This document shows positions 37,229 to 47,194 of a stretch of DNA of 64,000 nt, piece by piece; positions within the stretch are counted from its first letter, which is position 1; each line of letters starts with the position of its first letter. Source of the DNA: Clostridia bacterium. Lineage in GTDB: Bacteria; Bacillota; Clostridia; Christensenellales; CAG-138. The stretch is taken from contig JAUNCT010000002.1 of assembly GCA_030526425.1 (NCBI GenBank), positions 1-64,000 on the forward strand. Reading direction: 5' to 3'. The translations under genes and the position numbers were made by a program. Below the pieces are notes generated by a model. It saw nothing but the letters and a program-made list of their open reading frames with translations. It was not told where the DNA came from and did no database searches.

Positions 37229-37944
37229 ACTTCTTTCCTTTCCAGACATACCATTTGCCCGCACGCGAACACGGGACCGTCCCCGTTGAGCGCCGCGCGC
37301 ATTTTTTCATCGTCCGTCACACAGAAGCCGCACAGCGCGTCCGCACCGTAACCGAACAGCACGGGGTCCATCGGCGTCGAAGGACCCGAGATCACCGTGA
37401 AGGCGTTTTCGCACAGTTTCAGCAAACGCGGCATCGTCTTGTTTGCGAACGCCGACCCCGTGATGAACACGGCGTCCATCTCCGGCAGCAGGTATTCGCA
37501 GGCGGTGTCGGGGTAATCGTTCCCCTCCGGCTTCCGTTCGAGCACAAACAGGTCGCACAGCCCTTCCAGCCGCCTTTCGAGGTAGGCAAAGTGCCCCACA
37601 CACGCGACCTTCTTGCCGAGAAGCCGGTCGCGGTAGCGCAAAAACGCATCCTGCTCGCCCTCGGGGCGGAAAAACTCCGTTTGGTTGCGTGCGGCGTTGA
37701 TCGCGGCGATGCCCGCCGCCGCCTCGTTGAAGCACCAGCTCTTCGCAAGCGCCGCGACTTCCCGCAGGGGTCTGCCGACGACCTTCCGGGGGTCCACCGC
37801 CGTCCCGGGCTGCACGGCGTTCAATCCGTACCGTCCCCGTTCCGTCACGATGCACATCCAGTTCGTGCCCTGCAGGCATTCCCGCACGGTATCGTCCGTT
37901 GGAACACCGGCGATCACTTTATCGTACAATTCCCATGCGTTCAT
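37225..37944 (-). CDS. DUF364 (plus DUF4213-like) Rossmann-type protein, so-called putative heavy-metal chelation family
   Basis: Family recalled from the sequence pattern. 239 aa. Overlaps resB by 4 nt and the SecA-paralog gene by 4 nt. Confidence 0.6.
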   Translation of the reverse strand: MNAWELYDKVIAGVPTDDTVRECLQGTNWMCIVTERGRYGLNAVQPGTAVDPRKVVGRPLREVAALAKSWCFNEAAAGIAAINAARNQTEFFRPEGEQDAFLRYRDRLLGKKVACVGHFAYLERRLEGLCDLFVLERKPEGNDYPDTACEYLLPEMDAVFITGSAFANKTMPRLLKLCENAFTVISGPSTPMDPVLFGYGADALCGFCVTDDEKMRAALNGDGPVFACGQMVCLERKEV

Positions 37945-40034
37945 GGCGTTTCGTTCTCCGTTTTTTCACCCGTTCCGGTTTCCCCGGCGGTCTCCGGCAT
38001 CGAACCGATCCTGCGGTCGAGTTCCTCGCGGACCCCGGCGAAGATCTCGTCGAACAGGCGGGTGATGTCCTTTTGAAAGCTTCTTTTGGCGTCGTGCCCC
38101 GTCATGGACACCGCGCCGCAGTTCTGTTTGAGGCGGTTCGCCTCGCCCAAAAAATCCGACCAGCCGCCGTCCATCGCGGAAAGCACGGTCTCCCGCACGA
38201 GCGCTTGCGGCTTCGTCCGGTACCGTTCGGGGACTTCCCCGTTCAGCACGTTCCGCCGTTCGGCGTAGAACCCGTCGCGGCAGGCGGCGATCGCCTCGTC
38301 GAGCTTCGCCGTACCCTCGCGCTGCGCCTGCGCGTTGCCCTCCGCAAGGCGCTGTGCCAAGCGGATGCGCTTTTTGCACTCCTTCTCCGTTTCCGGAGGG
38401 TCGCCTTCCGTAAAGCGGCGGATCAGTTCGTCCCCGGCGCATACGAGAAAGCGCGTGCTGCCCGGTTCGCCCTGCCGCCCCGCTCTGCCGCGCAGCTGGC
38501 GGTCGCCCCGGCGCGTATCCTGGTGCGAAAGCCCGAGCACGAACAGACCTCCGGCTTCGAGCGCCTCCCGGTCCAAACGGATATCCGTGCCGCGCCCCGC
38601 CATCGCCGTCGCGACGGTCACGTTGCCGTGAGTTCCTGCTTCGCGGATGATCTCCGCTTCCTCCGCGGGCTTTTTCGCGTTGAGCACCCTGCAGGGGATG
38701 CCCGCTTCGGTGAGCAACGCTCCGAACCGTTCGCTGTCTTCAACGCTGCGCGCCGCCACGAGGCACGGACGCCCCGCCGCGCGGTTGCTTTCGATCTCGC
38801 GGACGGCGAGCTCCGCCGCTTCCTCCGCGGTCTTCGCGAACAGGTCGGGCAGGTCCTTCCGCCGCGAGCGCTTATGCGGGCGGATGCGTTTGACGGAAAG
38901 CCCGTACACGGAGGAAAACTCCGCGCGGTCTTCCCACGCGGTGCCCGTCATGCCGCACAGCAGCGGATACCTGCGGAAGAACTGTTGGTAGGAGATCGCC
39001 GCGAGCGTGCGGCTCTCCTCGTTGAGTTCGAGCCCTTCCTTGACCTGCAACGCCTGCCACAAACCGTCGCAGAAGCGCCGCCCTGCGGCGATGCGCCCCG
39101 TGTTGCGGTCGACGATCTTCAGCTTGCCTTCCGAAACGATGTAATCCACATCCCGCTTGAGCGTTCCGTGCGCCTGCAACGCCTGATACAAAAGATGCTG
39201 CAGCGCCACGTCCGTGTCGAAATCCTCCTTCGGGAAGAACTGCGCGGCATGCTTCGCCCCCAGCGACGTGAGGATCGCCACGCGTTCCTTCTGCAGCACG
39301 ATATAGTCGTACGCGGCGTCGAGTTCCGCGTAATTCTCTTCATCGAGAGTCTGCACCGAGGTGCTTTTCAGCCACGGGATCAGCCGATCCACGGGATAGA
39401 TGCGCGGGTCCTGCCGCACGCCCTGCCCCGACAGCAGCATCGGCGTGACCGCCTCGTCGAGCAGGATGCTGTCCGCCTCGTCGACCAGCATGAAATACGG
39501 TTCGCGCTGCACGGTCTCCGAAGGGTCCCGCACGAGGTTGTCCCGCAGGTAGTCGAAGCCGAATTCCGAATGCGTGCCGTAGGTGATATCCGCCGCATAC
39601 GCCGTGCGCTTCTCCTCACGCTCCTGCCCCGCGGCGACGAGCCCCGTCGAAAACCCGAGCATGGCGTACACCGGTTCGAGCCATTCGCGGTCGCGCGCGG
39701 CGAGGTAGGGGTTCACCGTCGCGATGCATACGCTACTGCCCGTCAGCGCGTACAGGCAGGCGGGGAACGCCGCCGTGAAGGTCTTGCCTTCGCCGGTCTC
39801 CAGCCGCGCGATCTTGCCCTTGGCCATCGCAGCCGCGCCTTCGAGCTGTTCGGGGTGGATCGCAATGCCCATCACGCGGCGGAACGCCTCGGCAACGAGC
39901 GCGAACGCTTCCGCAACGGGCTTCCCCGCGGGTGCGCCGCGCAGCGCCTGCATCCGTTCGCGCAAGGCGGCGTCGTCCAACAGCGCCGCTTCCGCCGCCA
40001 ACCGCCCGATCCGACGGATCAGCATGCTCCGCAT
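37941..40034 (-). CDS. SecA-family ATPase paralog (short, SecA2-like; lacks C-terminal SecA domains)
   Basis: SecA DEAD-motor motifs: KIARLETGEGKTFTAAFPACLYALTG, VNPYLAARD, YGTHSEFGFDYLRDNL, LVDEADSILLDEA. About 698 aa from the ATG at 40032-40034, which has a GGAGGAGG RBS. Confidence 0.8.
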   Translation of the reverse strand: MRSMLIRRIGRLAAEAALLDDAALRERMQALRGAPAGKPVAEAFALVAEAFRRVMGIAIHPEQLEGAAAMAKGKIARLETGEGKTFTAAFPACLYALTGSSVCIATVNPYLAARDREWLEPVYAMLGFSTGLVAAGQEREEKRTAYAADITYGTHSEFGFDYLRDNLVRDPSETVQREPYFMLVDEADSILLDEAVTPMLLSGQGVRQDPRIYPVDRLIPWLKSTSVQTLDEENYAELDAAYDYIVLQKERVAILTSLGAKHAAQFFPKEDFDTDVALQHLLYQALQAHGTLKRDVDYIVSEGKLKIVDRNTGRIAAGRRFCDGLWQALQVKEGLELNEESRTLAAISYQQFFRRYPLLCGMTGTAWEDRAEFSSVYGLSVKRIRPHKRSRRKDLPDLFAKTAEEAAELAVREIESNRAAGRPCLVAARSVEDSERFGALLTEAGIPCRVLNAKKPAEEAEIIREAGTHGNVTVATAMAGRGTDIRLDREALEAGGLFVLGLSHQDTRRGDRQLRGRAGRQGEPGSTRFLVCAGDELIRRFTEGDPPETEKECKKRIRLAQRLAEGNAQAQREGTAKLDEAIAACRDGFYAERRNVLNGEVPERYRTKPQALVRETVLSAMDGGWSDFLGEANRLKQNCGAVSMTGHDAKRSFQKDITRLFDEIFAGVREELDRRIGSMPETAGETGTGEKTENETP

Positions 40035-40305
40035 TCGTCCTCCTCCGCGGAAAGCCGTCCGTTTTTCCGTTTCCCGTTCCGCACTGCACCCTCCGCTTTT
40101 CCGAAACCCCATCGTATGGGCATACTATTGTTTATTATATCATTTTATTTTAAAATCTCCGCGCGCCCGGTGTCAAGCGACGGCAAGCCTTCCGCGTCCC
40201 CGTTTCCCCCATCCGACCCCGCACAAACAGCCCCGCAACACAAGACCCCGTCCGGGATGCTTCCGGGCGGGGTCCGTTCTTTTTCTTTTCAATACGGTGC
40301 GCACG

Positions 40306-41079
40306 TCATTCGGCGAGTCCGAACAGGCGGCACGCGTTCTCATGGCATTGTTCCGCAAGCGCGTCGGCGTCCATGCCGATCAGGTCCGCGATGTGGTGGC
40401 AGGTGACCGCCGTGAGCGAGGGGTCGTTGCGTTCCCCGCGGAAAGGCTCCGGCGTCATGTAGGGGCAATCCGTTTCGAGCACGATGCGCTCAGGCGGCAG
40501 CTTCGGCAGCATCTCCTTCATGCGGCGGTTGTTCTTGAAGGTCGCGCTCCCGCCGATGCCGATGTGGTAACCGAGGTCGATCAATTCCTTCGCCATCTCG
40601 TAGCTGCCCGAGAAGCAGTGCATGATGCCGAAGCCGCGTCCCTTCAGCGCTTTCAGCACATCCATCGTGTCCCCGTGCGCTTCGCGGTCGTGGATGAGCA
40701 GCGGCAGCCGCTTTTCCGCGGCGAGCTCCGCCTGCGCGGCGAACAGTTCCCGTTGCACGTCCCGCGGGGCGAAATCGTAATGGTAATCGAGCCCGACCTC
40801 ACCGACGGCAAGAATGCCCTCGTTTCCGAGCGCCGCTTCCACGAGCGTCACCTTCGCCGCGGGGAATTCCGCCGCATAGTGCGGATGCACGCCGACGGCA
40901 CCGGAAATGTAACCGGGATATCGTTTGACCAGCTCCGGCACGCGGACAAGGTCCTTTTCCATGCAGGCGCATTCCATGATGTGCGCAACGCCCTTGTCGG
41001 GAAGCGATGCGATCAGCTTTTCGCGGTCTTCATCGAAGCGCTCGTCGAGCAGGTGCGCGTGGGTATCGAACAGTTTCAT
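40306..41079 (-). CDS. tatD: TatD family metal-dependent hydrolase (DNase)
   Basis: MKLFDTHAHL start plus the conserved His/Glu/Asp ligand pattern of TatD. Confidence 0.9.
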   Translation of the reverse strand: MKLFDTHAHLLDERFDEDREKLIASLPDKGVAHIMECACMEKDLVRVPELVKRYPGYISGAVGVHPHYAAEFPAAKVTLVEAALGNEGILAVGEVGLDYHYDFAPRDVQRELFAAQAELAAEKRLPLLIHDREAHGDTMDVLKALKGRGFGIMHCFSGSYEMAKELIDLGYHIGIGGSATFKNNRRMKEMLPKLPPERIVLETDCPYMTPEPFRGERNDPSLTAVTCHHIADLIGMDADALAEQCHENACRLFGLAE

Positions 41080-41143
41080 GGTTCCTTCCTTCCGAAAAAC
41101 AGGGGCAGACCGCCGGTCCGCCCCGTTGCCGTGTTTGGTTGTG

Positions 41144-43108
41144 TCAGCGCACCTTCAGACCGCTCTCCATCTCGGAAAGGGTCGTCAGCGCGGAAAGCTT
41201 CTCGTCCGCCGCGTCGGATGCGCAGAGGATCATACCGCGGCTTTCGATGCCGCAGAGCTTCACGGGCTTGAGGTTCGCCACGAGAACGACCGTCTTGCCG
41301 ATGAGATCCTCGGGGGCGTACCACTTTTTGATGCCCGAAACGACGGTGCGCTCCTCGCCGCCGACGTCCACCGTCAGCTTCAGGAGTTTCTTCGCCTTCT
41401 TCACTTCTTCGCAGGCGATGACCTTCGCGAGGCGCAGGTCGATCTTCTCGAAGTCCTCGTACTCGATTTCGGGAATGGGCTCCTCCGCGGGCTCCTCCGC
41501 CTTCTTCGCGGCGGCTTCCGCGGCTGCCTTCTGCGCTTCCATCTCGGCATCGAGCGCCGCAAGCTCCTTCTCGACGTCGATCCGCGGGAAGAGCGCGTCG
41601 CCCTTCACCACCGCCGTGCCGGCGACGGTGCCGCCGAATGCCACGGTGTCGATCGAACGCAGGTTTTCGGGCGTGCCGAGCTGTTCGAACATCTTCGCGG
41701 GCGTGGAGGTCAGGTACGGCACGAGCAGCACGCCGACGATGCGCAGGCACTCCGCCAGGTTGTACATGACGGTCGCAAGGCGCGCCTTGCCCTCTTCGGT
41801 CTTCGCCAGAACCCAGGGAGCGGTGACGTCGATGTATTTGTTGCACGCGCGGACGAGGTTGAATATCTCGTTCAGCGCGTCGGGAATGTGCCATTCGGAC
41901 ATCTGCTTGTCGACGTTCGCGGGCGTCGCGTTCGCCAGGGCGATCAGCGCGTCGTCCTCTTCCGCAACGGTCACGCCGGGTGCGGGAATGACGCCGTCGA
42001 AATATTTGCCGATCATCGCGACCGTGCGGGACAGGAGGTTGCCGAGGTCGTTCGCCAAGTCGGTGTTGATGCGCTTGATGAGCGCTTCGTTGCTGAACAC
42101 GCCATCGGAGCCGAAGGGCACCTCACGCAGCAGGAAGTAGCGGATGGCGTCCACGCCGTAGCGGTCGCAGAGCTTCACGGGGTCGACCACGTTGCCCTTG
42201 GACTTGGACATCTTGCCGCCGTCCAGCACGAGCCAGCCGTGACCGTAGACCTGCTTCGGCAGCGGCAGACCCAGCGCCATGAGCATGATGGGCCAGATGA
42301 TGGTGTGGAAGCGGACGATCTCCTTGCCGACGATGTGCACGTCTGCCGGCCAGAACTTTTTGAAGTTCGCGTCGTTGTCGCTGCCCCAGCCGAGCGCGGT
42401 GATGTAGTTCGAGAGCGCGTCGAGCCAGACGTAGACGACGTGCTTCTCATCGAACGTGACGGGGATGCCCCACTTGAAGCTCGTGCGGGAAACGCACAGG
42501 TCTTCGAGACCCGGCAGCAGGAAGTTCTGCAGCATCTCGTTCGCGCGGGAAGCGGGCTGGATGAAATCGGGGTGCGTTTTGATGTGCTCGATGAGCGCGG
42601 GCGCGTACTTCGAGACCTTGAAGAAGTAGCTCTCCTCCTCGACGATCTCGGTCGGACGTCCGCAATCCGGGCACTTGCCGTCGACGAGCTGGCGCTCGAG
42701 CCAGAAGCTCTCGCACGGTGTGCAGTAATGACCGGTGTAGCTCGCCTTGTAGATATCGCCCTGATCGTAGAGCTGTTTGAAGATCTTCTGCACCGCGGCG
42801 ACATGGTAGTCGTCGGTCGTGCGGATGAAGTGATCGTAGCTGATGTCGAGCAGCTTCCACAGGTCCTTGAACGTGGCGACGATGCGGTCGACGTACTGTT
42901 GCGGCGTCACGCCTTCGGCCTTTGCCTTGCGCTCGATCTTCTGACCGTGCTCGTCCGCGCCGGTCAGGAAAAACACCTCATGACCGCGCTGGCGCTTGTA
43001 GCGGGCGATGGCGTCGGTCGCGACGGTGCTGTATGCGTGGCCGATGTGCAGCTTATCCGAAGGATAATAGATCGGCGTGGTGATGTAAAAGGGCTTCTTT
43101 TCACACAT
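41144..43108 (-). CDS. metG: Methionine--tRNA ligase with a C-terminal tRNA-binding (EMAP-like) domain
   Basis: HIGH motif (P..D.LHIGHAYS), KMSKS (GKMSKSKGNVV), Cys4 knuckles and the C-terminal OB domain. Start at MCEKKPFYITTPIYY (ATG 43106-43108). Confidence 0.95.
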   Translation of the reverse strand: MCEKKPFYITTPIYYPSDKLHIGHAYSTVATDAIARYKRQRGHEVFFLTGADEHGQKIERKAKAEGVTPQQYVDRIVATFKDLWKLLDISYDHFIRTTDDYHVAAVQKIFKQLYDQGDIYKASYTGHYCTPCESFWLERQLVDGKCPDCGRPTEIVEEESYFFKVSKYAPALIEHIKTHPDFIQPASRANEMLQNFLLPGLEDLCVSRTSFKWGIPVTFDEKHVVYVWLDALSNYITALGWGSDNDANFKKFWPADVHIVGKEIVRFHTIIWPIMLMALGLPLPKQVYGHGWLVLDGGKMSKSKGNVVDPVKLCDRYGVDAIRYFLLREVPFGSDGVFSNEALIKRINTDLANDLGNLLSRTVAMIGKYFDGVIPAPGVTVAEEDDALIALANATPANVDKQMSEWHIPDALNEIFNLVRACNKYIDVTAPWVLAKTEEGKARLATVMYNLAECLRIVGVLLVPYLTSTPAKMFEQLGTPENLRSIDTVAFGGTVAGTAVVKGDALFPRIDVEKELAALDAEMEAQKAAAEAAAKKAEEPAEEPIPEIEYEDFEKIDLRLAKVIACEEVKKAKKLLKLTVDVGGEERTVVSGIKKWYAPEDLIGKTVVLVANLKPVKLCGIESRGMILCASDAADEKLSALTTLSEMESGLKVR

Positions 43109-43174
43109 GGTCGTTATACCTCGTTGTTTGATCGGTGACCGCGGCAACGGTGCCGCGGAAGGTTTCTTTTTTCG

Positions 43175-43816
43175 TTATTTGCGTTCCAGTACGAAGAACA
43201 GATGCCACGGCTTTTCCGGCACGCGGAATTCCTTTCCGATCCGGTACACGGAGGCGATGTCTCCGCGGACCTTCGCGAGCGGATAATTCTTCGTTCCCGC
43301 TTCCCAGTAGTGTTCGCCGTTGAAAGTGAAATGTTCTTTTTTGAGTTCGAGATACTTCACCTTGTCGGTATGGATCTTCGGCAGATCCACCTTGAAATGC
43401 AGTTCGCGGTATTGGCAGGGGATGCTCAGCACGAGCCTCGGCGCGATCCTCGAAAACGCCCGGAGGATGGGAACGAAATTCTCATACGGCAGGTGTTCGA
43501 GCACCTGACTGCAAAGGATGCACCCGAACGAATCGTTTCCGGCATAGGAGGCGATCTCCCGCACGTCTCCGGTGATCGTCGGCTTCAGCTCCGGGTCGAA
43601 GTCGAAGGTCTCCACCCGCATGGCGGGCATCATATGCTTCAGCAGAAGCGGCACGATCCCGTCCCCGACACCGACGACCAGCAGGCTTTCCGGCGCGATC
43701 GCCGACACCTCGTCGAGCTGGTGCCAATAGGAGCAAAACCGGGGCTTTGCCGCATAGCTGCCAAAGCGGTAATGGCTTGCTTCTTTTTGCAGTTCCGGGG
43801 GCTTTTTCTGTTCCAT
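43175..43816 (-). CDS. Class I SAM-dependent methyltransferase
   Basis: Motif I LVVGVGDG. 213 aa. Immediately upstream of metG and probably co-transcribed. Confidence 0.7.
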   Translation of the reverse strand: MEQKKPPELQKEASHYRFGSYAAKPRFCSYWHQLDEVSAIAPESLLVVGVGDGIVPLLLKHMMPAMRVETFDFDPELKPTITGDVREIASYAGNDSFGCILCSQVLEHLPYENFVPILRAFSRIAPRLVLSIPCQYRELHFKVDLPKIHTDKVKYLELKKEHFTFNGEHYWEAGTKNYPLAKVRGDIASVYRIGKEFRVPEKPWHLFFVLERK

Positions 43817-43870
43817 ACGGTCATACTCTCCTGAATTGTAATAATACTATCGCAAGCCCCGGAATGTCAA

Positions 43871-43912
43871 GAAAACGGGGCACGGGAACACGTCCCGCGC
43901 CCCTGCCCCGTT
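43871..43912 (-). terminator. Terminator after the DUF362 gene
   Basis: Long GC hairpin acggggcagg...cccgtgccccgt followed by a T-run on the minus strand. Confidence 0.65.
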
Positions 43913-43943
43913 CATTTGTTTTCGTGTCGTTCCGCAGTGCCCC

Positions 43944-45071
43944 TTACATGCGGATGAGTTCGTATGCGCGGCTGCCGAGACCGATCTTCTCCGCGTGCGC
44001 CATACCGGCCTTCCAGTCGGACTCCGCGCCGCAGTTGTCGAAGTGGTCGTGCTTGTCGACGAAATCCGGCTTCGCCATGATGTCGGAAAGCTGTGCGTTC
44101 GGCAGCGGTTCCGCCGCAAGGCACGCGTCGGCGCAGGCCTGATCGATCGCCACCGGGTCGAAGGATGCGAACATGCCGATATCCGGCAGGATCGGCGCGT
44201 CGTTTTCGGCGTGGCAGTCGCAGTTGGGCGAAATATCCATCACGAGCGACAGGTGGAAGCTCGGCATCGCGTCCGTCACCGCCTTCGTGTACTCGGCGAT
44301 GCGGCAGCACAGGACCTCCGCCGCGTCGTAGTTGCGGAACGATATCGCGTCGAAGTTGCACGCGCCGATGCAGCGTCCGCAGCCGAGGCAGTTCTCATTG
44401 ACGGACATCTTCTTCGTTTCGGGGTCGAAGGTCAGTCCGTTGTTGGCGCACTGGCGCTGGCAAAGCTTGCAGCCGCGGCAGGCTTCCGCTTCGATGGTCG
44501 GGTGACCGGAGCAATGCATCTCCTTCTTGCCGCGGCGGGAACCGCAGCCCATGCCGATGTTCTTCATCGTGCCGCCGAAGCCGGTGTTCTCATGCCCCTT
44601 GAAGTGCGTGAGCGAAATGAGCACGTCCGCATCCGCGACCGCGCGTCCGATGTACGCTTCCTTGCAGTATTCGCCGCCTGCGATGGGCAACGCCGCTTCA
44701 TCCGTTCCCTTCAGACCGTCGCCGATGAGGATCGGCGCGTTCACCGTCATGGGCGTGAAGCCGTTCTCCCATGCGCAGTACAGGTGCTCGACCGCATTCT
44801 TGCGGCTGCCCGGGTACAGGGTGTTGCAGTCGGTCAGGTAGGGCGTGCCGCCCATTTCGCGCACCAAATCGACGATGGCGCGCGCATAGTTCGGGCGCAG
44901 GAAGCTCAGGTTGCCGAGCTCGCCGAAATGCATCTTGATGGCAACGAACTTGCCCTTCATGTCGATATTGCCGATCCCCGCCTTGACGGCAAGGTCCTTC
45001 AGCTTTTTGGTCAGCGGATCGCCGAAGCCGCGTACGCGGAAATCCGTAAAGTATACTTTCGATTTTTCCAT
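43944..45071 (-). CDS. DUF362 domain protein with a 2x[4Fe-4S] ferredoxin domain
   Basis: CxxCxxCxxxC motifs (CRGCKLCQRQC, CLGCGRCIGAC) within a DUF362-like frame. 375 aa. Confidence 0.75.
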   Translation of the reverse strand: MEKSKVYFTDFRVRGFGDPLTKKLKDLAVKAGIGNIDMKGKFVAIKMHFGELGNLSFLRPNYARAIVDLVREMGGTPYLTDCNTLYPGSRKNAVEHLYCAWENGFTPMTVNAPILIGDGLKGTDEAALPIAGGEYCKEAYIGRAVADADVLISLTHFKGHENTGFGGTMKNIGMGCGSRRGKKEMHCSGHPTIEAEACRGCKLCQRQCANNGLTFDPETKKMSVNENCLGCGRCIGACNFDAISFRNYDAAEVLCCRIAEYTKAVTDAMPSFHLSLVMDISPNCDCHAENDAPILPDIGMFASFDPVAIDQACADACLAAEPLPNAQLSDIMAKPDFVDKHDHFDNCGAESDWKAGMAHAEKIGLGSRAYELIRM

Positions 45072-45226
45072 ATCGTCCTCCGTATCCGGGCGGCGTCCGC
45101 CCCCGTAAAGATGGTATTCAGTTTACCAAAACGCGGGGGCCCTTGCAATGAAAACCTTTCATGTGCCCACCCGCCGTCCGCCAAAGAAAAAAGCCCGGCG
45201 GGAAAGCCGGGCTTGCATTGGTTTCG

Positions 45227-46168
45227 TTACTTGCTGATGATCGTGCCGGTGATGCCGTGCAGGGCGTCGACCGCGCGCTCGAGGCTCGTGATGATCGCCT
45301 TGCGGCCGGGCTTGGACTCGGCAAAGCGGGTCGCCGCTTCGACCTTCGGCAGCATGGAGCCGGGTGCGAACTGACCCTGCGCCGCGTACATCTTCGCTTC
45401 CTCGGGGGTGAGGTTGTCGAGCGCCTTCTGATCGGGCTTGTTGAAGTTGACGCAGACCTTTTCGACCGCCGTCAGAATGATGAGCTGGTCGGCGTCGAGA
45501 CGCTCCGCGAGGAGCTCCGCGCAGTGATCCTTGTCGATGACCGCCGCAGCGCCCTTGAAGTGGTGACCGCCGCCGATGGGGTACACGGGGATACCGCCGC
45601 CGCCGCAGCAAACGACGAGGTGACCGGTGTCCGCAAGGCTGCGGATCGCCTTGAGCTCGAGGATCTCCTTCGGCATCGGGGAGGCGACGTAACGGCGCCA
45701 GCCGCGGCCCGCATCCTCATGCACGGGGTTGCCGGTCTTCTCGCTGAAAGCGCGGGCTTCTTCCTCGGTCATGAACTTGCCGATGGGCTTGGAGGGGTTT
45801 TGGAACGCCGGATCTTCCGGGTCGACCATGACGCGCGTGACGATGGTGCAAACCGGCACGTTTTCCATGCCGCGGTCTTCCATTTCCTCGAGGAACGCGG
45901 ACTGCAGATCGTAACCGATGTACGCCTGGCTCATCGCGCCGCAGACGGAGAGGGGCGTGAAGCCCTGCTTCGGGTCGGTCTTTTCCAGTGCCGCCATCGC
46001 GTTGTTGATGATGCCGACCTGCGGACCGTTGCCGTGCACGACGATGATCTCGTTGCCGTCGGCCAACAGATCGATAACGGATTTCGCAGTGACCTTTACG
46101 GCGACCGCCTGTTCGGGAAGCGTTGCGCCGAGTGCGTTTCCGCCCAGCGCGATAACGATCTTGGACAT
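45227..46168 (-). CDS. arcC: Carbamate kinase
   Basis: MSKIVIALGGNAL start, VVHGNGPQVG, and a C-terminal GGGIPV region. 313 aa from the second ATG, which has the better RBS spacing. Confidence 0.9.
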   Translation of the reverse strand: MSKIVIALGGNALGATLPEQAVAVKVTAKSVIDLLADGNEIIVVHGNGPQVGIINNAMAALEKTDPKQGFTPLSVCGAMSQAYIGYDLQSAFLEEMEDRGMENVPVCTIVTRVMVDPEDPAFQNPSKPIGKFMTEEEARAFSEKTGNPVHEDAGRGWRRYVASPMPKEILELKAIRSLADTGHLVVCCGGGGIPVYPIGGGHHFKGAAAVIDKDHCAELLAERLDADQLIILTAVEKVCVNFNKPDQKALDNLTPEEAKMYAAQGQFAPGSMLPKVEAATRFAESKPGRKAIITSLERAVDALHGITGTIISK

Positions 46169-46419
46169 ATGCATATTCTCCTTTTGATTTCGGGTCGAAT
46201 GAAAGAAATGACAACAGATACGGTATGATGCATACCTATAAACTTATTCTATGATTATGCTTCCCTGTAGTCAAGCGGTTTCCGAAAATTCTTTTGGGAT
46301 ACCGAAAAATATTTTGCCCATCTTTCCGGAACGACCGGAAAACCGCGAAAAAAGGGGACCGATCCCATAGGACCGGTCCCTTTTCCGGAGAGGACCCGAC
46401 ACCCCTTGCGGGGAATGGA

Positions 46420-46860
46420 TCAGCCGGCGATCTCGAGGCGGTGCTTCTGCGGCAGGGCCTCCTGCTGCTTCGGCAGTTCGATCTTCAGCACGCCGTCCGT
46501 GTAGCTCGCCTTGATGCCCTCGGTGTCGATGCCCGACAGGTCGAAGGAACGGCTGAACGAACCGAAGGAACGCTCGATGTGGCGGTAGCCCTTCTTCTCG
46601 TCCTCCTTCGTCTCCTCGCGCTTGCGTTCGGCGGTGATGGTCAGGCAATCGCGCTCGATGTCGATGGCGATGTCCTCCTTCTTGTAACCGGGCAGATCCG
46701 CCTCGAGCTCATAGCCGGTCTCCGTCTCGCGGATATCGGTCTTGAACATCGCCGGGCGCTCACCGCGGAAGGCGGGTTCGAACGCGCCGAACATGCGGAA
46801 GGGGTCGTAAAACAGGGAATCGTTCTGAACGGAATACGGTTTCATATGCAGCATAGTCAT
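46420..46860 (-). CDS. Hsp20/alpha-crystallin family small heat-shock protein
   Basis: ACD signature (...DIRETETGYELEADLPGYKKEDIAID...DGVLKIELPK). 146 aa. Confidence 0.9.
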   Translation of the reverse strand: MTMLHMKPYSVQNDSLFYDPFRMFGAFEPAFRGERPAMFKTDIRETETGYELEADLPGYKKEDIAIDIERDCLTITAERKREETKEDEKKGYRHIERSFGSFSRSFDLSGIDTEGIKASYTDGVLKIELPKQQEALPQKHRLEIAG

Positions 46861-46982
46861 AAACCTCCTTTGGGTTTTCGCTTTTCTTTTTCTTGTTCAT
46901 CGATCGGTCTCCCTTTCGATGCTTGTATGATACCACCCGGTTGTGATGGAAAAAGAGCCGCATTGTGATGCAATTGTGAAAC

Positions 46983-47009
46983 TTAGCACTCTACGCATAA
47001 GAGTGCTAA
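46983..47009. promoter_or_regulatory. CIRCE element (HrcA operator) TTAGCACTC-N9-GAGTGCTAA, perfect consensus
   Basis: Read directly: ttagcactc tacgcataa gagtgctaa. Lies about 125 bp upstream of the hsp20 start. Confidence 0.85.
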
Positions 47010-47134
47010 TATTTTCTTTCATTATTATGAATCCGTTCTCCATTCTTCAGTTTATACGCCATATCATATGTTTTTTTCGTGTTCCTATCACATCGTCTCC
47101 CGGAAACTTTCCCCGCATTCCCCCACGTGGCATA

Positions 47135-47170
47135 CAAAAAACGGACTCCCGCATGCGGGAATCCGTTTTG
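47135..47170. terminator. Bidirectional terminator after the ABC permease gene
   Basis: acggactcccgc / gcgggaatccgt stem flanked by an A-run and a T-run. Confidence 0.7.
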
Positions 47171-47194
47171 AAGTCCGGTCGTGAAGAAAGCGCC

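Noticed and set aside
40236-40285. Hairpin between tatD and the SecA-paralog gene as a tatD terminator
   Set aside because: The GC-rich stem is real, but the T-run follows it on the plus strand, whereas tatD is on the minus strand. It may act bidirectionally or be part of the secA-paralog promoter region. It is not listed as a confident terminator.
43109-43174. T-box leader upstream of metG, and also upstream of brnQ at 28226-28335
   Set aside because: The intergenic spaces, about 66 bp and 110 bp, are far too short for a T-box riboswitch, which needs roughly 200-300 nt. No specifier or T-box consensus was seen.
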